A DNA stretch of 64,000 nucleotides, taken from positions 124,001-188,000 of the forward strand of contig JAKMXF010000099.1 in the NCBI GenBank assembly GCA_024704765.1. Direction: 5' to 3'. This document shows, in pieces, positions 12,651 to 23,900 of the stretch. Under the pieces are notes generated by a model. It saw nothing but the letters and a program-made list of their open reading frames with translations. It searched no databases and was not told the DNA's origin. The stretch is from Oopsacas minuta. Its lineage: Eukaryota; Animalia; Porifera. Within the stretch, counting starts at the first letter, position 1. Each line of letters opens with the position of its first letter. Both the position numbers and the translations under genes were made by a program.

Positions 12651-13997
12651 CTAAACGAAACAGTTTTATGTATGTGACCAACTCTCCACCTTCCTATGAT
12701 CATCATTTCGTGCTCAGCTCGCGGTCTTTTACTGTACAGTACCCAGGATGTACTGGAAATCTTATCGACTTATTCTCGGTTATTGTATGTATATGATAAA
12801 CCAGATGAAGGTAAACTAGCTTATAATTAGGGGGATAATCTGTCATCTAATTTAACGTATTTCTCTCCATCATTCTATCTTTCTATTCACTGGCAACTTT
12901 ATGCATTTTGACAGAGACACAGGTTACAGTTTAAGAAAATGTACAGTGTTCCCAGTAAATTGACATTGGATAACTCATTATCTGGTACAGTTAATTAATT
13001 AGCCATTAAGTGAAGTTACTAGACTATCTAAAATCCAAATATATCATCAACTTTACAACATAAAACCTTGTCATATTAGCATAATATGCATTTTGACGAT
13101 AAATTTTGCATTTATAGTGATTGTGTTTCTCCTCAAAACAAATGATAACATCATGTATTAGTAATAAATTTGTGAAATATATAAATAAATTTCGAAGGCT
13201 TCAGGGAACGATCTAGCAACTGAAGGCAAATTTTATTCAAGGTTTGGCATTTATCTACGCTATGCAAGGCCTATCCACCAACTAAATTTCCTGTACCATG
13301 GATTAAACGGAGTCCATATATTCATTTAGGGAATTCTATTTGTTAAAGTACAATCAGAATTGTACCCTCTTCAGTATTAAATGTATTAGTGATATTTTAT
13401 AATATACATAATCTACAAAACTTTTGATAACGAAATAAGTCATCTATTTGCTTGCGTTCCAGAGGTATAGTAGTGACCATGGATGACATATTTTGCAAAT
13501 ATTCGTCAATAACTTAACCTCCAATGTCAGGGCTTACTCGTCCTACCAACATATTGTATATACCTAACTTCCCATACCCTGATATTATATTTTGATATGG
13601 CATCTCCAAATTATATTTCGCAGTCATCGATAAAACCATATATGCTAATTTTCAAGATTGCTTCGTAATCGTAAGAGATATAGACATAAGGAAAATTTTT
13701 GAAATCATATGCACAACTATAAGTCAGTACAAGTATACATACTATACACGCCGAATTTGAACGATCAAGGTATACCAAGTCAACCATTTGATAACTGAGC
13801 CACTATGACCCAACCTGTAGTATAGCTGACACAGTACATCTATTAAAGGCGCATATAGATTTCTTAGACCATACAATCGTATGGTCGTTGGTCTATTATT
13901 TGTGCCTTTTTGATACTTGGAATTTATCGGATTTTTATGGGTCAAACCTGAACAGTATTTCTTCTATTCTTCAATATCCATATATGCTTAGCTAGGG

Positions 13998-16900
13998 CAC
14001 AGTGGCTTAGTAGTAGAGAATTAAGAAATTTTTTATAGTAATGCTTTCATTCCTTTATGGTTTCTTTGTGTTTCTAAACATTCAAGTAGCATCCATTCCA
14101 ATTTTCGAATCATTTGGTGGCCTATTAGTTATGTAAATTTGAATCGAAACTTTGTGGTTTTTGATGTTGAAATTATCGTTTCGGAGAATTCAAAATATAA
14201 AAGATTTTCACAAAGATTCTGATTCTTTATAGAATGTATTAGCGATCTATTGTTTCATCTATTCTAGACAATTTTGCATGCTGATTTCTAATTTTGTATC
14301 AGATATATTCTAAACTGTGTACTTTTCATGTGAAGGGTTGTTGTACTCAGGGTAAAAATGAATCCCATTTTCCATCGATAAAATTTTGAAAGTGTCTGAC
14401 AAAAAAAGTCAAGGAACGTCAAAGCGAAAATAATACCAGTTGTTGTTTACAATTTATGCGATGTTATATGAAGATGACAGGCCCCGAAACAATGCGCAAC
14501 TTTGATTTTTTGGTCACATTCCATTGTCTGTAATCGTTGCTATGGAAATTCCTAAAGTGATATCTGCAACTATGTAATTGAATACCCGTCTAATCCTAAT
14601 TCTTCTTGGAAATTACTGCACAAAATTAAACATATAACGTGTATATATACGTGTACTTATGTTTTCAATCATACACCCTTATTTTCTCATAGATAGTTTA
14701 CCCGTGATCAATGGCCGAACCAATTACTCCGATGACTTCCCCCGAATCCCGTCTCGATTTAGCGAGAATCCTGAATTCAAATAGCAATTGCGTCCAAACA
14801 ACTCTCTGTCATCTTAGCGATCTCCATGGATTAGACGATGCCAAGCAGCCTAAACTTGAATTGATTCTACGTAGAATACGAGATATGATTAGAACTTCAA
14901 AAAAATCACTTTAATCTTTGCATGGAGATTGGTGGCATTCTGAAATTTGCTCAGAATTATTTATAGCTTCACAAGCCCCCCAAAAAACTAAGTCGGTGCG
15001 CCAAAAGGAAGAACTTATCAATCTTTCATTGCAACATCAGCCTTTCCCGATCTCTAGTGTCCTTGAGTCTATCAGATCCATTTCGGTAATCGAAAAAACT
15101 TCTGAAATTACAATTGCAGCTCTTGCTTTGCAATTGTTGTGCAATGAAGAAGACAATCGAGAAGTTGCAAGGGTATCTAAATCAATTGTGTAGGGAAAAT
15201 TCTCTGGTCAATTCGGGCGTGCATCTAAAAGCAAAGAATTGGATGTGGACAAGGCATTATTTCTTTTGGATCTACTAGAGATTGGCAAGAGGAAGTATAC
15301 TCTACTACGACAACTTTTGTTATCAAATGAAATTCACTTTCCTACATATCAGAGAGTGGCCGATCATAGAAATAATTTAGTACTACGAAGTATGATTCAA
15401 CTATACCCGAATCCTACAGCCCCAGTTGGTGTGTGTGTGCCATACGCTCAATTTGTCTACCATACATTTTGTAGAATTATGTCCACTCTACCGTCCCCTT
15501 CAAATGAGGATTTTCCTCTTCGATTTCAGATTGCTGATGGCTTAGATGGATCTAGAAAGCATACCGTATATAATCAACTAAATACGAATACGTCTACCAA
15601 ATCATTCATCTTATTTTGCTTCAAAGCAATACACATTGTCAATTCTAGTGGAAAGGAACTTTGGAAAAACAACTGCCCGAATTCTCCATTCTCCCAACGT
15701 CCAATTTTCCTTCTTGCTGCCACAGAAAATCATGACAATATTCACCAATTTATGAAAGATATCATCAATCCCGAAACTGATCAAATGAAGGACCAAGGTT
15801 TCTATTTTGCCGATGATAAACATATATTTGTCGATGTTGTCCGATCAATGCTTGATGGTAAAATGGCAAGTATTCTCTCAGGAGCAGGAGGTGCGAGTTG
15901 CCAACTATGTACTGCAACGCAGAAAGAACTAAAAGATCGTGATTTAATTTTGCAAGGCTATCCCATCAATAGAAACATTTCAGACGCAATTCAATTATTT
16001 GGAGAACTGGAAGACATTGATGCTTTCTTTTCATTACCAACAAATCAAAGATTTAACCTGACTCACCAACCATTATCAACAATAGATATTCTACCTGCTT
16101 CTCCCTTACATCCCTATACGTGCATTTTTAGATGGTTTAATTTACTTGTGTACCACCTGAATTGTAACAAGCTCACATGGTCACCATCATCAAAAGAAAT
16201 TAAAGACTCCATGGTGGATGTGCGAACCATAGTTCAAGAAGTAACAGGTCTAAGAATTGACCAACCAGACCCCAAAGGAGGTACTACTTCCACTGGTGGT
16301 GTGGCTCGAAGAGCTTTTTCAAATGACTCCAAGTTTATTGAATGCGCAATGTCTTTGGTTAAGATTGATCATAGGGACTCACTTTGTAAATTGCACACAC
16401 AATTATCTGTCATTCTGAGAATCATAAATTCAGACAGAAAAATCAATACAGAAAAATTGGGTAACCTTTGTACAGACACCTATCTCCTTATTCTTCAATC
16501 CTTTCCCTGGGTGAACATTACACCGACTTTACATAAATTACTAGCCCATTCTGAAGAAATACTGAGAGAGATGAACTTTGGGTATGGATTGAAATGCTTT
16601 AGCGAAGAAGGATCCGAAGCCTGCAACAAATTAATCAGGAAATATATGGAACATCTAGCAAGGAAAACTTCCTTCAAGGATAATGTCATTGATATATTTG
16701 TCAGACTCTCATCTGAAAGCGATCCTGTGTTAATGAAATATCGATCGACAGTGGTGTGCGAAAAGTGCGGAGAACACGGTCATACCCGAAGAGCTAAGTG
16801 CTGTAGAGACAATGCAACAGATTTATTAGAATCATCTATTGATAATATCGTCAAGGGCCTTATTATTGATACGATATTGTAACAACGTAGTTTGCTGAAT

Positions 16901-17370
16901 GTTAGTGAATAAATAATACAATAAAACATCCCTTAATATAAGTGCTTATTGTTTTTATCCAGAAATTGCTAGAATTGATATATATATTAGCAAAAAAGAT
17001 ATGAATAAATTCTAAAAACGCATTTAGAAGTATGAAGTACAAAAGCAAAATTGTGTATGACGTCATTTCATAAAAATTATGAATAATTTTGTATTTCTAA
17101 CAGTTATAATTGCTTCCATGGATATGATATATTATACCCAAATAATACAATTTATAGGGCTAACATTGTTATACAATCAGATATTAAAGAAAAACAAAAT
17201 TCAGCATAAAGCTATGACGTCAGAACATGATATATAGAAACCTTATAAAAATTTTGAATGCACCAAATGATTCCTAGCATATGATAACCTATATGCTAAT
17301 AATACATTACATATGTCTATTTCAAATGAAAATACCCATTCTTTACTAACTCCCATTTTAAGCCACTGTG
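13998..17370 (+). mobile_element. Complete Transib/RAG1-like DNA transposon, copy T1 (3373 bp)
   Basis: Both ends read CACAGTGGCTTA inward (12-bp perfect TIR starting with the RSS heptamer). Perfect 5-bp TSD TAGGG at 13993-13997 and 17371-17375. Encloses the Transib-type transposase. Confidence 0.95.
14711..16882 (+). pseudogene. Transib/RAG1-like DDE transposase (723 codons, one frame, two premature stops at 14912 and 15191)
   Basis: The ORFs at 14711, 14918 and 15239 share a frame. Motifs: ADGLDGS (D codon 15545), SMLDGK (D 15854), GASCQLC, SPLH, TPTLHKLLAHSEEI, FSEEGSEACNKLIRKY (E 16616), DIFVRLSSESDP, then CEKCGEHGHTRRAKCC. These parallel Transib GCDGS / MIDGK / SEEAQEARNK and RAG1 D600 / D708 / E962. 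Confidence 0.9.
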
Positions 17371-18296
17371 TAGGGGGCTGCTAGGGTTGCCGACAAGCCC
17401 AGGACAATGTTCAGCAACTCCACTAGCAACTACTGGATTCCTGAGTTTTCTAGCAATAAATGTAATATTTGGGGTGTATCCAAACTGATACATCATGCCT
17501 GGAGCACCCGCAGACATACGCACTATAAGCAAGTGCGTATAATAAATTTTGCTGAGTTTTTTCATTAATTAATTTCATTACACACCTATCAAGGTTGAAT
17601 ATAACATTTTTAACAGGTGTTAAAATTTACTACAATTATAGCATTTAAGTATGCATATGTAGCATATATTGGTATTCAGGAGCTGTTCCTCTCTACTTTT
17701 AGAACTTTTATATCTACGGCGAAACTACTCTCTTGAAAGCATGTTGAACAAATTTCTTTTATGACAGCGACATTTGGTGGCACAATCAAAGGGGATGCCA
17801 TAACTGGCGGGCACCAGGGTGGCACAAATCATCCCTAGTGAGGCACAACAATTCTTTGAGATGCAGACTACCAATTTAGTGGTACTGAAAATGGGATAGC
17901 ATGTTCTTTAAGCTAATTATTACACAGTGGTTTATAGGGCAGTTAGTAAAGAATAGCTATTATGGTGTGAGGTAGCCATATGAAATGTATTATTTACATA
18001 TAGATCCTTATATATAAGGAACCAGTACATCTTATCATAACAAGTATATGGCCTAAAATTTCCAAGTTATGACGTCATTAATATATGTGTGAAATTTTCA
18101 ATTTTCTTCAATAAATACATTTTACTCGACTTTATCGCCATGAAATCTATTAATTACATATGGGTTATCCGTATTTGGCAATCATCTTGAACTTAAAATT
18201 TTGTTGTAGGGCTTGTATTTATAGAGTTATGACGTCAAACTTATGATGGAATTTATCTTATTGATTACAAAATATACATTATATTCATACTTAAGT

Positions 18297-20585
18297 TCAT
18301 GATAGGCAATCTGTATTGGAAGTTAAAGTCGTGAATAAAGTCTGTACACTAGTTTTCGGATTGTTCATAGTATTGCAGCATTTAGATCTCGTTGTGTGTC
18401 CAGATTGACCACATCGTTCACAAGTCAAAATTCTTCGATAGTTTATTAAGGTTGGATCACTTTGAGAGGTTAATCTGACGAAGATATGCATAATAGGTCT
18501 CAAAACTGACTTTACGAGCTAAATTCTCCCGATATTTTCTAACTAATTTGTTGCATGATTCTGTGCCTTCTTCTGAAAATGCCTTTAAGCCATAGCTAGA
18601 ATTCGACTCACGTATTAACTCCTCGGATGGGCCAAGAGCTTGTGCAGGGTTGGAGCCATGCTGGCCCAGGGGAAAGAATCTACGATGACAAGGTAGGTAT
18701 CCTTGCACAATATCCCCAATTCCGAAGTGTTAACCTTGTGACTTGAATTGAAAACCCGAAGAATGGCTGAAACCTAAGTATGTATCTTTGATAAGATTGG
18801 GCGATATTATATTGCTACAGTTGATAGAATGGATTCAAGGTATTCAGTTTCATCAAAAAGGGCTCTTCTAGCAATATTCCCTGTTGAGGTGGTTCCACCG
18901 CTAGAATTAGGCTGGTCAACCTTTAATCCTGTCTTCTCCTGAATAAATGTCTGGAGGAATTTCATTGACTCCTTGATAACTAGTGAAGTTGGGGACCAGG
19001 TAAACTTTTCGATGCGAAGATGATATACCAGCAAATTGAACCACCTAAAATTGGTGTAATTATGTGAAGATAAATTCTTAATGATTAATGGAGTACTTAC
19101 CTAAATACGCCTGTGTATGAATGAAGTGGAGATGCTGGATGTATGTCAATCTCTGAAATTGGTTGATGAGTTAAATTGAAGCGTTCATTAGTCGAAAGAG
19201 CAAAGAACGACTCAATGTCATCAATGTGCGAAAATAACTCGATTGCATCTGTGATATTTCTGTTGATGGGAAACCCTTCAAGAACTAAATTCGGTCCTTC
19301 AATTCTTTATGTGTGGAAGTGCACATCTGACAACTGGCTCCTCCAGCTCCAGAGAATGGCTGCCATCTTCTCATCAAACATTGAGCGGATAATATCGACA
19401 TTGACAACACCATTTTCTAAAGGAATCCCATTTGCAACATCGCTGTATCGGGATTAATCATAGTTTCCATGAAGGAATGAATATTTTCTTCGCATTTTGT
19501 CGCAGCGCAGAGAAAAATAGGTATCTGAGAGAAGGATGAATTAGGGGATTTATTCTGCCAAACAATCCTGTTTGTTACAGTGTGGATGGAGATGGGCTTG
19601 AAACAAAACAGAATGAAGTTTTTGGTGAAAGTATTAGTTGTCTGCTGGTTGTAGATAGTGTGACAACCAGAACCATCTAAGCCATCTGCGATTTTAAATG
19701 TGAGTGGGAATTCTTCACTTGTGGGGCGATCTACCATTGACAATATTCTTTCCAGGGTTTTCTGAACTTGAAGACAATATGGCGCATATATACCTATTGG
19801 TTTAGCTGGATTAGGATATAAAGTTATACTGGATCGCGAAATCATGACATCTCTCAGAATAGCTAACTTGCTGTAAGATGGGTGATATATATTGTATGGT
19901 AGAAGTGTTTGACGTAGTTGAGTGCATTTTCGTCTGCCCACTTCAAGTAAATCCAGCAGGAATAAGGCTTTATCAATTGGAACATGCTTGTTACTGAGGT
20001 TACAGAATCCTCCACTGACAATAATCTCTTTGGCTACGGTAGCAACCTGATGATTATTCTCCTCATTTGCCAATAGTTGTAATGAGAGTGTTGCAATGCT
20101 TATTTCTGTAGTATTCTCAATAACTGAGAGTGACTTAATGCATTCTAGCAGGCTTGACAATGAGTACGTTGTTGTTGCAGAGAGAGATCATTAAGATGCT
20201 TCCTATGACTCACTGAATGAATGGGAACCTCACCATCATCAGAAGACGAATCTAGTAAATCAGAACTACGATTTTTCTTTAACTCAGGTTTCATGGAAAT
20301 GTTAGGATGCTACCAATCTCCTTCTAAACAATCTAAAGATATCTTCACCTTCTTGAATCTGTCCCAAATTCTTAACAGCAACGTTTCCAAGAGTTTCGTA
20401 TTATCAGAGCCTATTTCAAAGTATTCTTTGAAATATTTTGTCGTTTTCAAGACACAATTATTATTGTCTTTCAGGATTCTTGCCAATTCGAGGCGGGACT
20501 TTGGGAAAGTTAACTTTCTGTCATTGTTTTCAAGAAATTCCGAAAAATATGTTGTATTATTCAATAGATTATATATATAAGTCAC
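18297..20585 (-). pseudogene. Transib/RAG1-like transposase, multiply disrupted, with one intron
   Basis: Fragments 20310-20585, 19417-20160, 19176-19457, 18807-19034, 18457-18708 and 18297-18503 are collinear with T1 (SRLELARIL, ADGLDGSGCH, MFDEKMAAIL, TSTGNIARRA, FSEEGTESCNKLVRKY, CERCGQSGHTTRSKCC); roughly half identical by eye in the core. Confidence 0.9.
19045..19100 (-). other. Putative 56-nt spliceosomal intron in the T2 transposase
   Basis: GTAAGT...TTTTAG. Removing it gives PASPLHSYTGVFR|WFNLLVYHL, collinear with the uninterrupted PASPLHPYTCIFRWFNLLVYHL of T1. Confidence 0.8.
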
Positions 20586-21719
20586 TATAATAAATTTTAA
20601 GAACGAAATTCAATATTATTTCATTCCATTATCACAGTATGCTACAATGGGATTTTCCTAGCAACGAAAAGTTGTAATGGAATGTCATTGAAAATTATAG
20701 GTTACGCAATGTTTCGGGTCTTGTGGTTTTAGATTATGTTTTTGGGAATCGTAATACATACATCCGATTCATTTTGCGCTGGTGCTTTGTGTTGTTTATT
20801 TTTCCTGACACTTTAAGTATTCCTCTTTGTAAAAATTCTGTACGGATTTTACTAGATCTTAGAAATATTATGTGCACGAAATATATACAAGATACAGTCA
20901 TGGAAACAAGATAATTAGATTTAGCATAGTCGAAATATATAAAGTATGCCAGATTAGTAACATTCGATTATGTAATTGCTTTTACAGGTTGATTTGAAAT
21001 TGTGGCTAAATTTAGAAATCATGAAGCCGCACTTTTGACTATAACTATTTCGCATCTTTGATGAATAAAGTATATAGCTTCTGGGCTCTCAATCGCTTAG
21101 ATAATTCAATTGAGAATCATTTAAACAATATAAAATGAAATAAACCATCAAATACGGAATCAATTTTTTGTCTAGTCTTTGCTTCTAAACCACTGTGTAT
21201 TATTCACTAAATAAGTAGGTATTTGGGTACTATAAAGTGGGGATACAAGGACAAATGAATGACGATTGTGCTCCTGACTGAAATTAATGCCCCCTACTAC
21301 AAGAAGAGGGGCACAACTTATTTCAAGCGGATACTTGCACCCCAGGTGCCTCCACTGAGACACTGGACAATATTCTGAAGCACGCTCGTTGGGGGCCAGT
21401 GGTATGGTTGAAATATTGATCTCACAGCCTGATACATAGGTATATCTTCTCCGTATCGTCATCACAGCCAACATTTAAGGGAAATTAATTGTGTTGGATA
21501 TTCACCGGTGTTCTACTCCTCTTTGCTATTCAATTGGACATTAAGCGCCATTATTTCGTAACAAACAGCTTTGAGTTGTCTGGCCTCTAGTTAAAAATAT
21601 ATTTACAGAAAGGTACCCTAAAAATTTTCATCATTTGAAAGAGAAAATTAATCAACTTGTACTCTTCAAGAATGTTATACAACTAATAATTTGACTTCAA
21701 AAATTAACCATGTCCACAG

Positions 21720-23900
21720 CAGTGTCGTATCCAGCTCTTTCATTTGGGGGAGGGCGGAGAGTCCTACATTTGTATCATATTTTATAAAAGTATATGGTTA
21801 GTATGAATCTTTATAAATGTGATAAATAATCATTGAATCATAGTAATGATTATTGATTAGTGTTTTCTAAGAACAAATGCTTACATTTCAAAAAGACCCA
21901 TTATATTGACAATTTACAGTATAAATGCATGACTTGATTTAACTAAACGCACATCATCTCATTTCTCGGATAGAATTTATTATTATAAACCCAAGTTTCT
22001 CTTATCAATTGAAGTATATTATTATTTTCATTTATCTTCTATCCTACTGAATGACTAAACTCCCAGGAAAAATTCTTGACTTCTTTCTCCCTAAGGAAGC
22101 AAGGATTAAGAATAGTTTGTCACCAGTAAACGAATCTAACAATGAGGCATTATCTATCCTGAATGATGAAGACAATATTTCCCAATCTGAAAATCGGAAC
22201 AAGTCACTATCGATTCTGTTCTAACAGATTCAACAACAACGAATTATAAATTTGATATAGGTCTCTACATTACTGGAAATCTCATAGTAGAAAAAGAATT
22301 TAGTTTGGAGATTCAATTTAACTGTTGGATACCCCAGAGAATTACAAATAACGCCCAATTATCCAAGGAGGGAGAAATTGATACTTTAATATCAAATGGC
22401 TCAGTATCTACAAATGGCTTGCTTATTCAGAAATTTATCCGGTGCGTTTTGTAAAATTTGCGTTATATTCCTCGACCGAAATGATGAACAAGTAGATAAA
22501 GGAAGTTCACAAAAGGTTGGCTCCTTACTAACTACCGTATTCATCAACTACAAGTGTCATTGAAATTTTCAATAAACAAAGTCAGTTAACCTATCATAGA
22601 GACTTGTGTCGATTGTGAAACTTTCAAACGGATGGTGGAAACTCCGGGATTGGATATTCAATACCAGCTTCGCCAACAAAGAATCGAACAAAAACGATTA
22701 AACTGCCAGCGATTGGTGCCTATCATTGAGACAATCCTCTTTTTGAGTAGACAGGAGTCATCCTTTCGCGGACACAGGGGTGAATCTAGGCAACTAGATA
22801 TCGAAGAGCCGAAAGAAAACGATGGTAACTTTCGTACTGTACTAAGATTACGCCTAAGAGTAGGAGACATTGTATTGAAACACCACCTCGACTCGAGTGG
22901 ATCAAATTCTAAATATTTGAGCCAAATGATCCAGAACGAGATCATCAATATTAGTAGAATATTGATATCTCAAAGAATCGTTTCAGAAGTCCAGAAAAGC
23001 GTGCCATTCTCTATTTTAGCGGATAAATCTGCTGATGTTTCAGTTCATGAGCAGCTCTCAATTTCAGTTTGGTATGTTTTTCGAAATGATCGTTCAGTGT
23101 TTTCAAGGAAATGTTTCTTGGCTTAATTACTGTAACAGATCTCACAGGAGAAGGAATAGCAAATTCTATCATTTCATTCTGTATTTCTACTGGATTAGAT
23201 TTGAATAATTTGGTAGGACTAGGTTTGGATGGTGCTATAGCTATATCTGGAAAATATAAAGAGTACAGGCATGCATTCGCGAAAAATATTCAGTGGTTCA
23301 CTATACACACTGCTCATCACACAGCTTAAATTTAGCAATTGGAAAATAAACAATGTTGTTCTTGGAAACGTATTTTCTAATCTCTCTTCTATTATATGGT
23401 TCTTTCATGGGTATCCTTTGCGAGAAGAGAAACTACGCCAAGCCATCCAAGCTGTATGCCTAGAATATAAGCGTTAGCGACTGAAAACCATTGTGCAACA
23501 AGATGGGTTGAAAGACATGATGCAATGCTTGTGTTTATGGAATTAATAGAGGCAGTTGTGCATGTTTGGAAGAACTAACTCTTGTACCAGAAGAGACAGG
23601 TTCGAAAGCTAATCAACTTGTTCATGTCTGCATCATTTGACTTTATCTACTCCTGTACTGTTTTAGAAAATCCCAGCGCTCTTTTACTCACAGTTTCGAG
23701 ACAATTACAATCATCAACAATGGATTTGGCTGAGATTTGTTCACTTATTGAAAATGTGGTTTCCATTTTAGAAAAGAAAACGAATCAAGATAGTGCAATT
23801 ACTAGAGTTTACACTAAAGCTAAATCAATCTCTGAACTTTTGGGTCGTCAGTGACTCTGCCAAGAGCTCATGATTGTCGATGCCGATTAAGTTGTTGATG
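21720..23900 (+). mobile_element. Decayed hAT transposon (ZMYM1/THAP12-like DUF4371 transposase); right end not found
   Basis: Left end CAGTGTCGTATCCAG at 21720. Fragments: KWLAYSE..FCKICV (TTF zinc finger), FRGHRGE..NDGNFRTVLRLR, FSILADKSADVSVHEQLSI, GLDGA, and a TRWVERH-like block near 23500. Confidence 0.8.

Larger units (their letters stand above)
17923..21197 (-). mobile_element. Complete Transib/RAG1-like DNA transposon, copy T2 (3275 bp), tail-to-tail with T1
   Basis: Both ends read CACAGTGGTTTA inward. Perfect 5-bp TSD TATTA at 17918-17922 and 21198-21202. The first ~100 bp of its 3' end align with the 3' end of T1. Confidence 0.95.

Noticed and set aside
21163-21171. Nonamer-like ACAAAAAAT 19 nt inside the T2 5' heptamer
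   Set aside because: The spacer is neither 12 nor 23, the same offset in T1 reads AGAAATTTT, the 3' ends have nothing similar, and A-tracts are common here. No 12/23 RSS architecture is supported.
13998-21197. Reading T1+T2 as one ProtoRAG-like element with convergent RAG1L and RAG2L
   Set aside because: Both genes are RAG1/Transib-like, each has its own TIR pair and TSD, and no kelch/RAG2-like ORF was seen in either element or the spacer.
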